Below, piece after piece: positions 50,720 through 60,201 of a stretch of DNA of 61,921 nt. How positions within the stretch are numbered: position 1 is the stretch's first letter; the number at the start of each line of letters is the position of its first letter. The position numbers were made by a program, and so were the translations under genes. The DNA comes from an archaeon (GTDB lineage: Archaea; Nanobdellota; Nanobdellia; Woesearchaeales; UBA9642). The notes under the pieces are model-generated. The model was given only the letters and a program-made list of their open reading frames with translations, did no database searches and was not told the origin of the DNA. The DNA lies in NCBI GenBank assembly GCA_043806035.1, contig JAZDHK010000019.1, positions 1-61,921 of the forward strand, given 5' to 3'.

Positions 50720-51586
50720 ATGATGTTATCAATAACTGAGCTAAAGGCTATTTCCGAGCTAGGCAACGGGAAATCAAGTATTACTGAACTGGCCACAACT
50801 CTTAAGATCAGCAAGTCGCAGGTTTACAGGATTGCGGAGAAGCTAAACCGTAAAGGCATTGTGGCTCTTTCAGAAGGAGAGTTGCAGCCCGAGAAGAAGA
50901 CTCACGTAAGCATGTTGCTTAAACTTCTTGCAAAGGCATCAAATCTCGCAAACCCATTATCAGGTACTGGCATGCAAATCTATCAAGCCATTATAGAACC
51001 AAAAACAGTCAAAGAGATAGAAACAGAGACTTGTCTTCATAAATCAACAGTTCTAAAAAAGATCAGACAAGGAAGAAAAATGAGCCTTTTGCTATTGAAA
51101 AATAGAACATGCCAGCTTAACGATAAAATATGGCCAGACGCAATTCAATTCTTTATTGAATTGCAAAAATACGAGTATTCACTAGACCAAAGAATTCCCA
51201 TAAACTCTATAATTTATTCAAAAAACTCAAAAGAGATTATCTTCTCAAACAACCAAGACATTGATGCTCAAAAAACGGCATTCTCAGCATATGAAAACTA
51301 TGGCATAAAACTATTGCTATTAACGAACTATTATTACTTGCCAAAAAAGTCACTAACAAAAAAAGAAGTATTCATTCATTCCATCTATGTCACAGAAAAA
51401 AGCCAAGACATGCGACATTTAATTTATGTTGCCCTGTATTTTGCAAAATACAAAAATGAACTTTCAAAAATAAGGCATCCAATCGTGGAAAACCTAAAAA
51501 AAATATTGTTAGGAGAAAAAATAGCAAAATATCCATCATTAGAAGAAATCAAGGACCGCGCCCAAGTCTATAATGTAGGGTTATAA
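50720..51586 (+). CDS. Winged-HTH protein, putative antitoxin/regulator of the downstream nucleotidyltransferase
   Basis: SITELATTLKISKSQVYRIAEKL HTH; coupled to the NTase gene. Confidence 0.75.
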   Translation: MMLSITELKAISELGNGKSSITELATTLKISKSQVYRIAEKLNRKGIVALSEGELQPEKKTHVSMLLKLLAKASNLANPLSGTGMQIYQAIIEPKTVKEIETETCLHKSTVLKKIRQGRKMSLLLLKNRTCQLNDKIWPDAIQFFIELQKYEYSLDQRIPINSIIYSKNSKEIIFSNNQDIDAQKTAFSAYENYGIKLLLLTNYYYLPKKSLTKKEVFIHSIYVTEKSQDMRHLIYVALYFAKYKNELSKIRHPIVENLKKILLGEKIAKYPSLEEIKDRAQVYNVGL

Positions 51587-51587
51587 G

Positions 51588-52040
51588 ATGATCACATCAT
51601 TTAAAGAAATAGAAAAACTATTGACCGATATCAATACTGCAATGACCACGAAAGCAAGCATGTACATCATTGGTGGCGCTGCACTTCTGAGACGGGCAAT
51701 GAAATCATCGACAAAAGACATAGACGTAGTTGTAAGAACAAAAACTGAATTCTTAGCAATTCAAAACACTCTAATCAAAATAGGATTTACAGCTCACACT
51801 CCCGGAACAGAATACGCTCACTTGAATCTTTCTCAATTATTTCAAAGAGATGATTTTAGGATAGACTTATTTGAGAAAGAAGTTTGTGGTAAATTTTCAT
51901 TAACTGACACAATGACGAAACGTGCAGAAAAAATAATTGAATTAAGCCACCTGAAAATCTTGCTTTGTTCGAACGAAGATATTCTTTTATTTAAGACGAT
52001 GACTGAACGAGAAGGAGATATTCCACGACAAACTGCTTGA
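51588..52040 (+). pseudogene. DUF6036/AbiEii-like nucleotidyltransferase, C-terminally truncated
   Basis: IIGGAAL..STKDID, RIDLF, FK...REGD then an abrupt stop; compare the intact paralog at 55617. Confidence 0.75.
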
Positions 52041-52470
52041 GAATATCGACAACCGAAAGGGATTCAGAAACCATGACATCCACATTCTTGGACAGCCGTT
52101 CAAGCCGACACCTGCGCGTTATGTTCGAGCAGATGTGCAGCTCCTGCTCAAATGGTACGATGAACATAAGGGTGCGCTGCACCCATTCACACTTGCGGTG
52201 CTGTTCCATCACAAATTCGAGAGCACCCATCCATTCAGCGAAGGCAATGGCAGGACGGGCAGAATGCTCATGAATCACATCCTGCTGCTGCACACCTATC
52301 CTCTTGTAGTTGTGAACCGCAAGGACAGGAAAGACTACCTAGATGCCATGAATGCTGCGGACAAAGCCATAAAGAAAAGCCTTATTGCGCTCAGCCCAGA
52401 ATACGAAGAGCTGCTGCACTTCATGATATTGCAGCTCCAGCAGTCCTACTGGGACGTGTTCTTTTTTTGA
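52021..52470 (+). pseudogene. Fic-domain gene lacking its 5' part
   Basis: The frame opens at FHDKLLENID..GFR and contains HPFSEGNGRTGR; no start precedes it. Confidence 0.8.
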
Positions 52471-52477
52471 GGAGATT

Positions 52478-52574
52478 TCCGCCGACGTCATAAACGAACA
52501 CGTCAGAAAGCAGACCTTTCCGAGCATCATCAGGAACCACAGTTCCTGAGAGGTCACAACACAGAGCGTCTTTC
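52478..52574 (+). repeat. Island repeat, partial copy G
   Basis: TCCGCCGAC..., hairpin TCAGGAAC-CACA-GTTCCTGA, and AGGTCACAACACAGAGCGTCTTTC (matches the end of copy A). Confidence 0.65.
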
Positions 52575-52586
52575 TCGGAGGACATC

Positions 52587-53087
52587 TTACTTTTTGAGCA
52601 TTTCTTCTGCTTTGTTGATGAATAGAATGGATTCTTCTCGGAGTTTTCTCACGCGTTCGGTCCTGAAGAGTGTGCCTGTGGCGTAGCTTGCACTTCTTCT
52701 CTGTTCTTTAAGCGTCGCGTAGAATTCAGCATCCTCTTTGGTGAGATGAAGTTGTTCAATAAGTTCCGCTTCTTCCTTACTGATTCCGTATTCTTTAATG
52801 AGCAGGAGCAATGTTGCGTTGTGATCTTTTGAGATGTAGCCTTTATTGGCGAGAAGGGCAAGGCTTGCGTGATAGACTGCATAGTAGAGTCCAACAATTG
52901 TCCAGTCGTTGAACTCCTCATCGGTGATGTTCTTTGCGACGAATCGAAGGTTGTGCTTTGCCTTATCCAGGTGTGCCTTATCGAGAGTGGATGCAATGGC
53001 GCTTTGCCGTATTGCTTTCTCCTTTTTGAATCTGGCTATTTCCTTTTCAAGTAGTGTTTTGTTGTTGTACAATTGGTCAATGTTCAA
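52587..53087 (-). CDS. HEPN domain protein (MNT-HEPN toxin)
   Basis: KAKHNL, W..VGLYYAVYH, SKDH, RRSASY; TTG start after GAGGTG. Confidence 0.85.
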   Translation of the reverse strand: MNIDQLYNNKTLLEKEIARFKKEKAIRQSAIASTLDKAHLDKAKHNLRFVAKNITDEEFNDWTIVGLYYAVYHASLALLANKGYISKDHNATLLLLIKEYGISKEEAELIEQLHLTKEDAEFYATLKEQRRSASYATGTLFRTERVRKLREESILFINKAEEMLKK

Positions 53088-53688
53088 TGAGCACCTCGTA
53101 GTATTGTTGCTGATTGTATATTGGGAATCCTGTGTCTCTGGCTTGGATGAGCAGGTGGTCTTTATCTTCACGAAGCTGTTGCGTGGTTGTGATTGCTGTG
53201 CTGATACGATGGAGGGATATGGCTTGCGCGTCCTGTCTTGCATTTTCTATTTTTGTCAGCATCTCTTGTTCGTAGTGTTTCTGAAGCTGACGGGTGCTGA
53301 AGCTATGCAAGACGATGAGAATGTCAATATCGCTTTTTTTCTCTTCAGTTTTTCTTGCAGCGGAGCCGAAGAGAAGCACAGTAACTACACTTCTTGGGAT
53401 GTTTTTGATGAATTCAATAAGTGGCAGACGGATATTTCTATGAAGGTTATCGAATCGGAGGATGTCAAGCTGCGCGAAACGAACATGTGTGGCAGGTGAT
53501 GCTGGCAGTATATAGAAGGTGTTTGCTTTCGTCTCTTCTTTTTTTATGAGTCCATTCTTTTCGAGTTTTTCGAGTGCGTTCTGCAGGGAGCTATTCGATA
53601 GCTTGGTTGCGTCCTTGATCTGGCTGAAGTAAAGCTTTGCCTGCCGAGATTCGTGGAATGCGCTAAAAACTTTATCTTCTGCCCTCAT
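53077..53688 (-). CDS. wHTH plus minimal nucleotidyltransferase (MNT antitoxin)
   Basis: LFGSAAR..SDIDILIV; N-terminal HTH. Confidence 0.88.
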   Translation of the reverse strand: MRAEDKVFSAFHESRQAKLYFSQIKDATKLSNSSLQNALEKLEKNGLIKKEETKANTFYILPASPATHVRFAQLDILRFDNLHRNIRLPLIEFIKNIPRSVVTVLLFGSAARKTEEKKSDIDILIVLHSFSTRQLQKHYEQEMLTKIENARQDAQAISLHRISTAITTTQQLREDKDHLLIQARDTGFPIYNQQQYYEVLIEH

Positions 53689-53764
53689 GGAATCAGAAAA
53701 GCGAGCGCCATTTATATACTTTGCCAAAATATGGCATTAACTTGCCAATAAATGGCACATTCAA

Positions 53765-53800
53765 GACGATGTCGGAAACGGTCAGGTCATACTCCAGAGC
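53765..53800 (+). repeat. Island repeat, short partial copy H
   Basis: CGATGTCGGAAACGGTCAGGTCA..CAGAGC vs CGATGACGGATACGGACAGGTCA in copy C. Confidence 0.55.
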
Positions 53801-53801
53801 A

Positions 53802-53924
53802 CTACTGTGGGTAGATGCCCATAGAGATGAGTTCTTGTTGCTTTCCAGGCGGGAGCAAATGCCAGCCGTAAAGCAGGATGGCCTTGAACGTGTCTACATT
53901 AAGTGTTATTGTGTGCTCGCTCAT
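53802..53924 (-). CDS. 40-aa small ORF between two repeats
   Basis: MSEHTITLNVDTFKAILLYGWHLLPPGKQQELISMGIYPQ* fills the inter-repeat interval. Confidence 0.45.
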   Translation of the reverse strand: MSEHTITLNVDTFKAILLYGWHLLPPGKQQELISMGIYPQ

Positions 53925-53947
53925 ATGAGAAGTAGCGTCTTAAGTCT

Positions 53948-54133
53948 GATAAAAATCTTGTCATTCCCCCGGGTCTAATGCTCTGCCAAAAATGGTAATG
54001 CTCGTCTAGAGATTTGCACACGAGAATAATACGAAAACTTGCGTTATAGGCTTTGAGAACGCAGAATATAGAAAGAGATACGATGCTCCCGCCGACTGCG
54101 ATAACGGACAGGTCACATCACAGAGCGTCTTTC
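53948..54133 (+). repeat. Island repeat, copy A
   Basis: GATAAAAATC.TGTCATTCCC..GGT.TAATGCTCTGC.AAAAATGGTAATGCTC shared with copy C; GATGCTCCCGCCGA..ACGGACAGGTCAC. Confidence 0.8.
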
Positions 54134-54201
54134 AGGCATGACGCCCATAGCAACCAGTCCTATTGATTGCACATGATTCAGCGACTGTGTCGAGTTGTTT
54201 C

Positions 54202-54705
54202 TTAAGAGCCGCTCGAGCCAGTGTTGCAGTCACGTGTAATTGAGCAATCTTCAATATAGTAAGCACTACAACAACAACCATGGCCGCCGCAGCCGGTGCA
54301 ACCAGTACGAATGGCATAAGTTCTCCCTGGAGGTGTACAATGATATATGCAATATTTACCCAAACAGGGTCTTGACTTCGGGGCAGGATCATCATTTTGA
54401 CCATAGTCTAGTTCAGAAATAGATTCTAAGGTTTTTGCATCTTTTGCAATGAATATCGCGTCTGCACGTTCGTAACTATTCTTGGCGTTTTTCTTGTATA
54501 TCTCTATCAGTTCGTCATTTACTCTTATCGTGATTTCATCCGTTCCAGGAACATACACGTTTCCATCATAGGCTCCATTGAGTGTTATTCCTTCAGCAGT
54601 ATCATCATTGACATAGACTGCCGCCCCCTTACCAACGTTCTGGTTGCATCCCGAGAGAACAAATAAGCATAGGGCAACCCCCACGAAAAGAAACAAAATT
54701 TTCAT
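54202..54705 (-). CDS. Putative lipoprotein with Cys-rich C-terminal domain
   Basis: VLSGC lipobox-like; Cys-dense tail including CTGC and CCC; GGAGGTG RBS. Confidence 0.7.
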   Translation of the reverse strand: MKILFLFVGVALCLFVLSGCNQNVGKGAAVYVNDDTAEGITLNGAYDGNVYVPGTDEITIRVNDELIEIYKKNAKNSYERADAIFIAKDAKTLESISELDYGQNDDPAPKSRPCLGKYCIYHCTPPGRTYAIRTGCTGCGGHGCCCSAYYIEDCSITRDCNTGSSGS

Positions 54706-54787
54706 AACACACCTCCAGATAAAGTGTCATCGTTTTTATTGTCTTTGTATCCCTGAATATTTAAATGTTGTTTTTTATTTTCGTGCG

Positions 54788-55003
54788 CAGAGCACTGCAC
54801 CTGTCCGGTCAAATGCTCTACGTGGTTTCCCGACCGGGTTTTGGGTGAAACCGCAGAATTTGGGCGACAGAAGCCGCGTAGAGCTATCGCTACGGGGTTG
54901 GATGCTCCCGCAGATGTCGGGACCTCTCAAGAACAATGGTTCTTGACGATGATCAGAAATTCGCAAATTTCTGACACGACAGGTCACTAACCAGGATCAG
55001 TCT
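54788..55003 (+). repeat. Island repeat, copy B (with two inserted hairpins)
   Basis: CAGAGCACTGCACC-TGTCC-GGTCAAATGCTCT..GTAGAGCTATCGCTAC..GATGCTCCCG..GACAGGTCAC..CCAGGATCAGTC. Confidence 0.88.
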
Positions 55004-55004
55004 T

Positions 55005-55038
55005 AGGTGACTACAAATACTGCAAAATGTAGTCACCT
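55005..55038. promoter_or_regulatory. Perfect 11-bp inverted repeat (operator or hairpin)
   Basis: AGGTGACTACA-N12-TGTAGTCACCT upstream of a wHTH gene. Confidence 0.45.
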
Positions 55039-55140
55039 GCTCACGTCTGGTGATTCACTCTGCGTTCATATATGCTTGCGACAGGGAAAATAAGTATATT
55101 TAGATACTCAAAAAATAGCAATATTTATATATCAGTTAAT

Positions 55141-55620
55141 ATGGATAATACTATGAATATCCTTCCGGGCAAATATACGGTGGAGCGCTTTGCGCAAGAG
55201 CATAAGCTTGGTAGGCAGTCTGCCATCAATGCTCTTTCCCGGCTGAAAAAACAAGGATTTGTGGAAGTCAGTGGCGGAGGTTCACAGAAAAGGATATACG
55301 CAGTTTCTGCGCTGCCAAGAAAACAGCAGAACGGCTTTTATGCGCTGGTCAACAAGTTCAGTCCCGAGAAACTCCAGCCCAGATTTGAACATTATGTGCA
55401 TGGCAAGTACACGGTAGAGCAAGCCATTATTGATGGATTGCGAATAGGAGATGCACGAACGAAACAAGCAACGATGCATCTTTTCAACCACGTTACCAAC
55501 TGGAAGCGGCTCATGGATGCTGCAAGAAAAAATGGTATGGCTCATGACGTGATAGTACTCTATCAACAGGCAAGAAAAACGATGAAATGCCGGCGCATGC
55601 CGCAGAGGTATCTCGTATGA
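55141..55620 (+). CDS. Winged-HTH protein, putative antitoxin
   Basis: RQSAINALSRLKKQGFVEVSGGG..RIY; ATGA overlap with the NTase gene. Confidence 0.75.
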   Translation: MDNTMNILPGKYTVERFAQEHKLGRQSAINALSRLKKQGFVEVSGGGSQKRIYAVSALPRKQQNGFYALVNKFSPEKLQPRFEHYVHGKYTVEQAIIDGLRIGDARTKQATMHLFNHVTNWKRLMDAARKNGMAHDVIVLYQQARKTMKCRRMPQRYLV

Positions 55621-56270
55621 TAAACACGCAAGATCAGGAGGAATTGTTCAGGCTTATCGCTGATTATCTTGAAAAAGACGTAGAATGCCTGGCCATAGGT
55701 GGCACGGCCATGATGTTCCACGGCTACAAGACGACAACAAAGGATATTGATCTTGTGTTCAAAAGCGAACAGGACAGAGGAATTTTTATCAAGGCATTGC
55801 TGCAACTTGGATATACAGAACGGTCAATTAGGAGCGTTTATGACGAAAAACGGGCAACAGACAAGAACAAGCCGAAGATGTATTCGAGAGGCGAAGAACG
55901 ATTCGATCTCTTCGTCATGAACGTATTCGGAGTCGATGTTCCATTCGAGAACATCGTGCAGAGGCATGATTTCATAGGAAAAAAAGAGCTTATAGTTCTC
56001 ACCCTTTCGAAGGAATTGCTCATTCTGCTCAAAAGCGTCACCAACCGAGAAAAAGATTACGAGGACATAGAGACCATAGTCAAGATTGAAAAGAACATAG
56101 ACTGGAAATTAATAGTCAACGAAGCCTTGAGAAACAGACAGAACAAACAATGGATGCTCTACGATCTTGAAGAAAAGCTTCAAAAATTAAAGAAGATAAC
56201 ATTCATCAAAAAAGAAATATTTGACGCTATCTACAAATCTGAAAGTGACTACGAAAAGAAGAAGATGTAG
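55617..56270 (+). CDS. DUF6036/AbiEii-like nucleotidyltransferase
   Basis: AIGGTAMM..TTKDIDLV, RFDLF, LK...REKDYEDI. Confidence 0.85.
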   Translation: MINTQDQEELFRLIADYLEKDVECLAIGGTAMMFHGYKTTTKDIDLVFKSEQDRGIFIKALLQLGYTERSIRSVYDEKRATDKNKPKMYSRGEERFDLFVMNVFGVDVPFENIVQRHDFIGKKELIVLTLSKELLILLKSVTNREKDYEDIETIVKIEKNIDWKLIVNEALRNRQNKQWMLYDLEEKLQKLKKITFIKKEIFDAIYKSESDYEKKKM

Positions 56271-56324
56271 ACCCTAATCCCCTTACATTTCAAAATCTTG
56301 CTTGTAAGGGTAATTCATGTCGAA

Positions 56325-56368
56325 CGCCGATGTCGGGACCCGTCGGGTCATCCGCCAGGATCAGTCTT
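56325..56368 (+). repeat. Island repeat, partial copy F (right part only)
   Basis: CGCCGATGTCGGGACC-CGTCG-GGTCA..CCAGGATCAGTC; abuts the HEPN stop at 56369. Confidence 0.8.
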
Positions 56369-56875
56369 TCAGAGCTGTTCTAGTATTTCCTCTGCCCTGT
56401 CTACGAACCTGCGGGAGTCTGTTTTGGTTTTTTGTGCGAGTTCTCTGGTGACTCTTTTTGTGACGGAATATTGGGCGATTTCTCGGCTGTCCTTGGCGTC
56501 TCTCAGAGTCTCAATATCCTCTTTTTTCATCTTGATGTTCTTGAAGTTCTGGAAGTGTGTCTTCTCCAGGAGTCCGTCCTTGACGAATAGCTCTTCGAGG
56601 GCGGCTGCCGTTGCAGTATGGGATTTGCTTTTGTAGCCCGCTTTTGCCACTAGACTTAAGGCTGCCATGTACATTGCATAATAGGCGACCACTATAACCC
56701 ATTCGTCGTTGCTGTGGTCTTTGGGTATGGCAAGGAGGTCTTTGTGCTTCTCTGCTTCGTTGAGTATTTCCATCGTGACAAGATTCGATTTTGCTTTTCT
56801 GAGATAGGGTTCGGCAAGATTCTTCACGGTGGGGTCTTTTGCTAGCTGTTTTAGCTGGATGAATCGTTCAATCAT
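56369..56875 (-). CDS. HEPN domain protein
   Basis: KAKSNL, EWVIVVAYYAMY, KSHTAT, REIAQY. Confidence 0.87.
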   Translation of the reverse strand: MIERFIQLKQLAKDPTVKNLAEPYLRKAKSNLVTMEILNEAEKHKDLLAIPKDHSNDEWVIVVAYYAMYMAALSLVAKAGYKSKSHTATAAALEELFVKDGLLEKTHFQNFKNIKMKKEDIETLRDAKDSREIAQYSVTKRVTRELAQKTKTDSRRFVDRAEEILEQL

Positions 56876-57470
56876 TGATATACACCTCCTTGAAGAATCG
56901 GTCAACACCATCGAGGATTACTCCATATGTGAGGATGTCATTCCAGAACTGCGGATTATCCTTCTTCATGTTCATAAAGTCAGACGTTCGTACGAGTACT
57001 GGCTGGATGTTCATGGCATACTTGGTCTTGTATACTTGCAAGGCTGAGCGTACGTTTTTCTTGTTCGTGACGAGCAAAAGATCAATGTCGCTTTCTGCCG
57101 TCTGTGTGCCTTTGGCGTAGGAACCAAAGAGGATTGCTGGACCCTCCGGATTAACATCATTGAGGCACTCGTACAATCTCTTATAGCGCAAGGCATGTTT
57201 TTGCCTGAAATCCAGTCTTTTCTTGTTCATATGATAGATGAACACTTGGTACTTGAGATCCCGATCATTGACGAACTCATAGACGTTGGTTTTGCCGACT
57301 TTTTTCTCAATGAGGCATTTTTTGTTCACCAGCCCTTTCAGTATCCTGAAGGTGGTTTCGTGGGAGAATCCTGATTTCTTCTCAATCTCTTTGGAGGCCA
57401 AATCCTTCAAGTGCGGGAAGAAGCACTCCAGGAGTTCTAGTTCATTCTGCATCAATAGTTGGTTCATCAA
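56868..57470 (-). CDS. wHTH plus MNT antitoxin
   Basis: LFGSYAKG...ESDIDLLLV; N-terminal HTH. Confidence 0.9.
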   Translation of the reverse strand: MMNQLLMQNELELLECFFPHLKDLASKEIEKKSGFSHETTFRILKGLVNKKCLIEKKVGKTNVYEFVNDRDLKYQVFIYHMNKKRLDFRQKHALRYKRLYECLNDVNPEGPAILFGSYAKGTQTAESDIDLLLVTNKKNVRSALQVYKTKYAMNIQPVLVRTSDFMNMKKDNPQFWNDILTYGVILDGVDRFFKEVYIND

Positions 57471-57656
57471 CTACATAGTTGGCATAACAACTATATAAAT
57501 GTTTCGACTAATTTCTCGGAAAGATGTCAAGTTCTATCAATTCTTGCTGTTTGGCGGGAGGCAGAAGATGCCAACTATGCAAGAGGACAGCCTTAAAGTC
57601 TTCCAATGGTGGCGTGATTGTATGTTCGTTCATGCCAAGTTTATCGTCACGGGTGG

Positions 57657-57828
57657 GATAAAAATCGTGTCATTCCCAGGGTATAATGCTCTGCGAAAAA
57701 TGGTAATGCTCTGCCAGAGTATCTGACCGGGTTTTTGAGAAATTGCAGAATTTGGCCGACAGAAGCCGTGTAGAGCTATCGCTACCAGGTATAATGCTCC
57801 CGCCGATGACGGATACGGACAGGTCACT
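57657..57828 (+). repeat. Island repeat, copy C
   Basis: GCAGAATTTGG.CGACAGAAGCCG.GTAGAGCTATCGCTACCAGGTATAATGCTCCCGCCGATGACGGATACGGACAGGTCAC. Confidence 0.88.
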
Positions 57829-57904
57829 ATTGTTCTTGGAGAAGACGCGAGGCCGCGCAGTTGAGGACGCAAAATTTATAAGCTTGATTTCTCTAAAATG
57901 AGTT

Positions 57905-58639
57905 GTGGCTGAAGACAAGGTTTCACCTAAGAAAAATTGCATGATTCTTAGTCTCAGTTCTGTCGGTTCATTCATTCTGGGCATGTTCTTCATCTTTATT
58001 TTTCCGTTTGAACTCCTCAAACAATCTCCATCAATTCAACAAGTTTTCTGGGTACTGGCAATAGTACTGTTCTTTATTTCCATAACTCTGGCAATATCGG
58101 CCATCAGCTCTTGTAAAAAAAACTATCCTGGTTATCGTTGGCTGATAAACGGTTGGTTTCTTTCCAGCTGCATTGTCATTCTTCTGATTACTGCACTGTT
58201 CTTTCTCTACTTTATGCCTGGTATGAAACCGCAAGGAACTCCTTTGGATAAAACGCTCTTTGCCGCACCTATTCAGAGCACAGACATGGCCACAATCACC
58301 TGCGGTTCTGCAACTAGTGGAGGCAACATAGCCATACCGCTTATAAATCAGAGAAACAGTAGCATCATCCTTGATGCTGTGAGCTTGACTTCCTCAAGTG
58401 AGAACGCGTGCACAGGGAGGGATTCCCAACTGCGCCTTGATAAAGGAGAATGGGCTCCGCTCAATACGGTAGTGATTCCATCGGGGAGTGATTTTGTTAT
58501 GCGATTTTTTTGCAGACCTGGCTTTCCGATAGATGAACAAAGAATACATGCCGACATAAACATCACGTATCATACTCTTCAATCTCCTCAGGAGCATCAA
58601 GTCAGAGGAATTGTCTCTATGAAAGCTGCATGTACCTAG
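57905..58639 (+). CDS. Hypothetical 3-TM protein with extracellular beta domain
   Basis: Three hydrophobic segments followed by a Cys-containing beta-rich domain. Confidence 0.7.
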   Translation: MAEDKVSPKKNCMILSLSSVGSFILGMFFIFIFPFELLKQSPSIQQVFWVLAIVLFFISITLAISAISSCKKNYPGYRWLINGWFLSSCIVILLITALFFLYFMPGMKPQGTPLDKTLFAAPIQSTDMATITCGSATSGGNIAIPLINQRNSSIILDAVSLTSSSENACTGRDSQLRLDKGEWAPLNTVVIPSGSDFVMRFFCRPGFPIDEQRIHADINITYHTLQSPQEHQVRGIVSMKAACT

Positions 58640-58693
58640 CGAGTGCAAAAAATTACGACACCTGCTCGTACATAAAAAAAGGTTGTTTTGTTT

Positions 58694-58893
58694 CAGAGCA
58701 TTGTACCCGTCGGGTCAGAATATCTGGGATGATTTTTCCTGATTTTCGTGAAACGGCAGTTTTCGGGCACGAGAAGGCGTGTAGAGCTATCGCTACCGGG
58801 TATGATGCTCCCGCCGATGTCCGGACCCGACGGGTCACAACCCATGATCAGTCAGGGTGCCAAACGTATCACAAAAAACATACGATGCAATAC
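58694..58893 (+). repeat. Island repeat, copy D
   Basis: Colinear with copy E over ~200 bp; terminal IR ACCCGTCGGGTC (58705-16) / GACCCGACGGGT (58824-35). Confidence 0.92.
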
Positions 58894-59000
58894 AATGTCA
58901 TAGAAATAAAACACCATGTTTGTGCCTGAGATGTTCATAGTTAGCAGCTTAGAATAGAACCGCGCATAAATGTTATAAATGAGCCCCACAAATAGGCAGT

Positions 59001-60107
59001 ATGGCACAATTCATGAAGGGGAAACGATTAAGTGTGTTGTTCTTCAACGAGGCAGTTAAACCGCTACTTCACACATCATTTCCCAATCTTAAGTACTCTG
59101 TAGGCTTAATAGGCCCGGGTTCTGATGTCCTAGATTTTGATACGAAACGATCCATTGATCACGATTGGGGTCCACGTGTGGTGTTATTTTTACCAGAAAA
59201 AGAGTTTCATACTCAGAAGGAAAAAATATCGAGGCATTTAAGCAATAATCTGCCGCATACATTTAGAGGTTTTACAACAAATTTTGGCCTTCCTGACGAG
59301 AAGGGTGTGAAAGTTTCTAGGAAAATCACTTCAGGACCTATTAATCACGGAGTAAAAATATACACTATGCGCTCATTTTTCAGAGAATATTTAGGACTAG
59401 ACTTGAGGAAGGAAATTTCTACTATTGATTGGCTTACATTCTCAGAACAGAAACTATTGAGCATACGAAAATCTGAAATTTTTCATGATGACTTAGGCTT
59501 GAGAAAAGTAGTCAACGAATTGCATTATTATCCCGAAGATGTGTGGTTATATCTCTTAGCATCGCAATGGTCGAGGATTGCGCAAGAAGAGTCATTCATG
59601 GGTCGCTGCGGAGAATTGGGCGATGAACTCGGATCTATGATTGTCGCATCCCGTCTATGCAAAGATATAATGAAACTCTGTTACCTGATGGAAAAAGAAT
59701 ATTCTCCCTACATGAAATGGTTCGGAACTGGTTTTTCAAAACTAGCATCATCAAAGAAATTGACGCCATTACTAAGAAAAACGTTGGAGTCAAAAAATTG
59801 GAAACTTCGTGAAAAATACCTCTCACAAATGTATGAATATGCTGGCAGACGACATAACGAGCTAGGAATAACTAGAACCATCAAGCCAAAAGTCAGCAAT
59901 TTTCACGACCGTCCTTTTCTCGTTATTCACGGAGAACTCTTTGCTCAAGAATTGAGAAAACGTATTAAAAATCCTGAACTTAGTTCATTGCCCTTGATAG
60001 GATCAATTAACCAATTCTCAGATTCAACTGATGTGCTGGAAAATGACACTACAAACTTCAAATTAGCCTACAAGCCAAAGCAAGCAGCGTACAGAACGCC
60101 GCAATAG
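59001..60107 (+). CDS. DUF4037-domain (nucleotidyltransferase-like) protein
   Basis: GLIGPGSDVLDFD...S.DHDWGPR, YYPEDVW, PYMKW.G motifs. Confidence 0.85.
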   Translation: MAQFMKGKRLSVLFFNEAVKPLLHTSFPNLKYSVGLIGPGSDVLDFDTKRSIDHDWGPRVVLFLPEKEFHTQKEKISRHLSNNLPHTFRGFTTNFGLPDEKGVKVSRKITSGPINHGVKIYTMRSFFREYLGLDLRKEISTIDWLTFSEQKLLSIRKSEIFHDDLGLRKVVNELHYYPEDVWLYLLASQWSRIAQEESFMGRCGELGDELGSMIVASRLCKDIMKLCYLMEKEYSPYMKWFGTGFSKLASSKKLTPLLRKTLESKNWKLREKYLSQMYEYAGRRHNELGITRTIKPKVSNFHDRPFLVIHGELFAQELRKRIKNPELSSLPLIGSINQFSDSTDVLENDTTNFKLAYKPKQAAYRTPQ

Positions 60108-60201
60108 AAAATCGCCTAAAAAGTTTTGAGCCACTGAACATTTGCGGTGCACGTTTTTAATTTGCAAGAGCAAGATTATCATCATAGGTCTGTTACATAT
60201 C

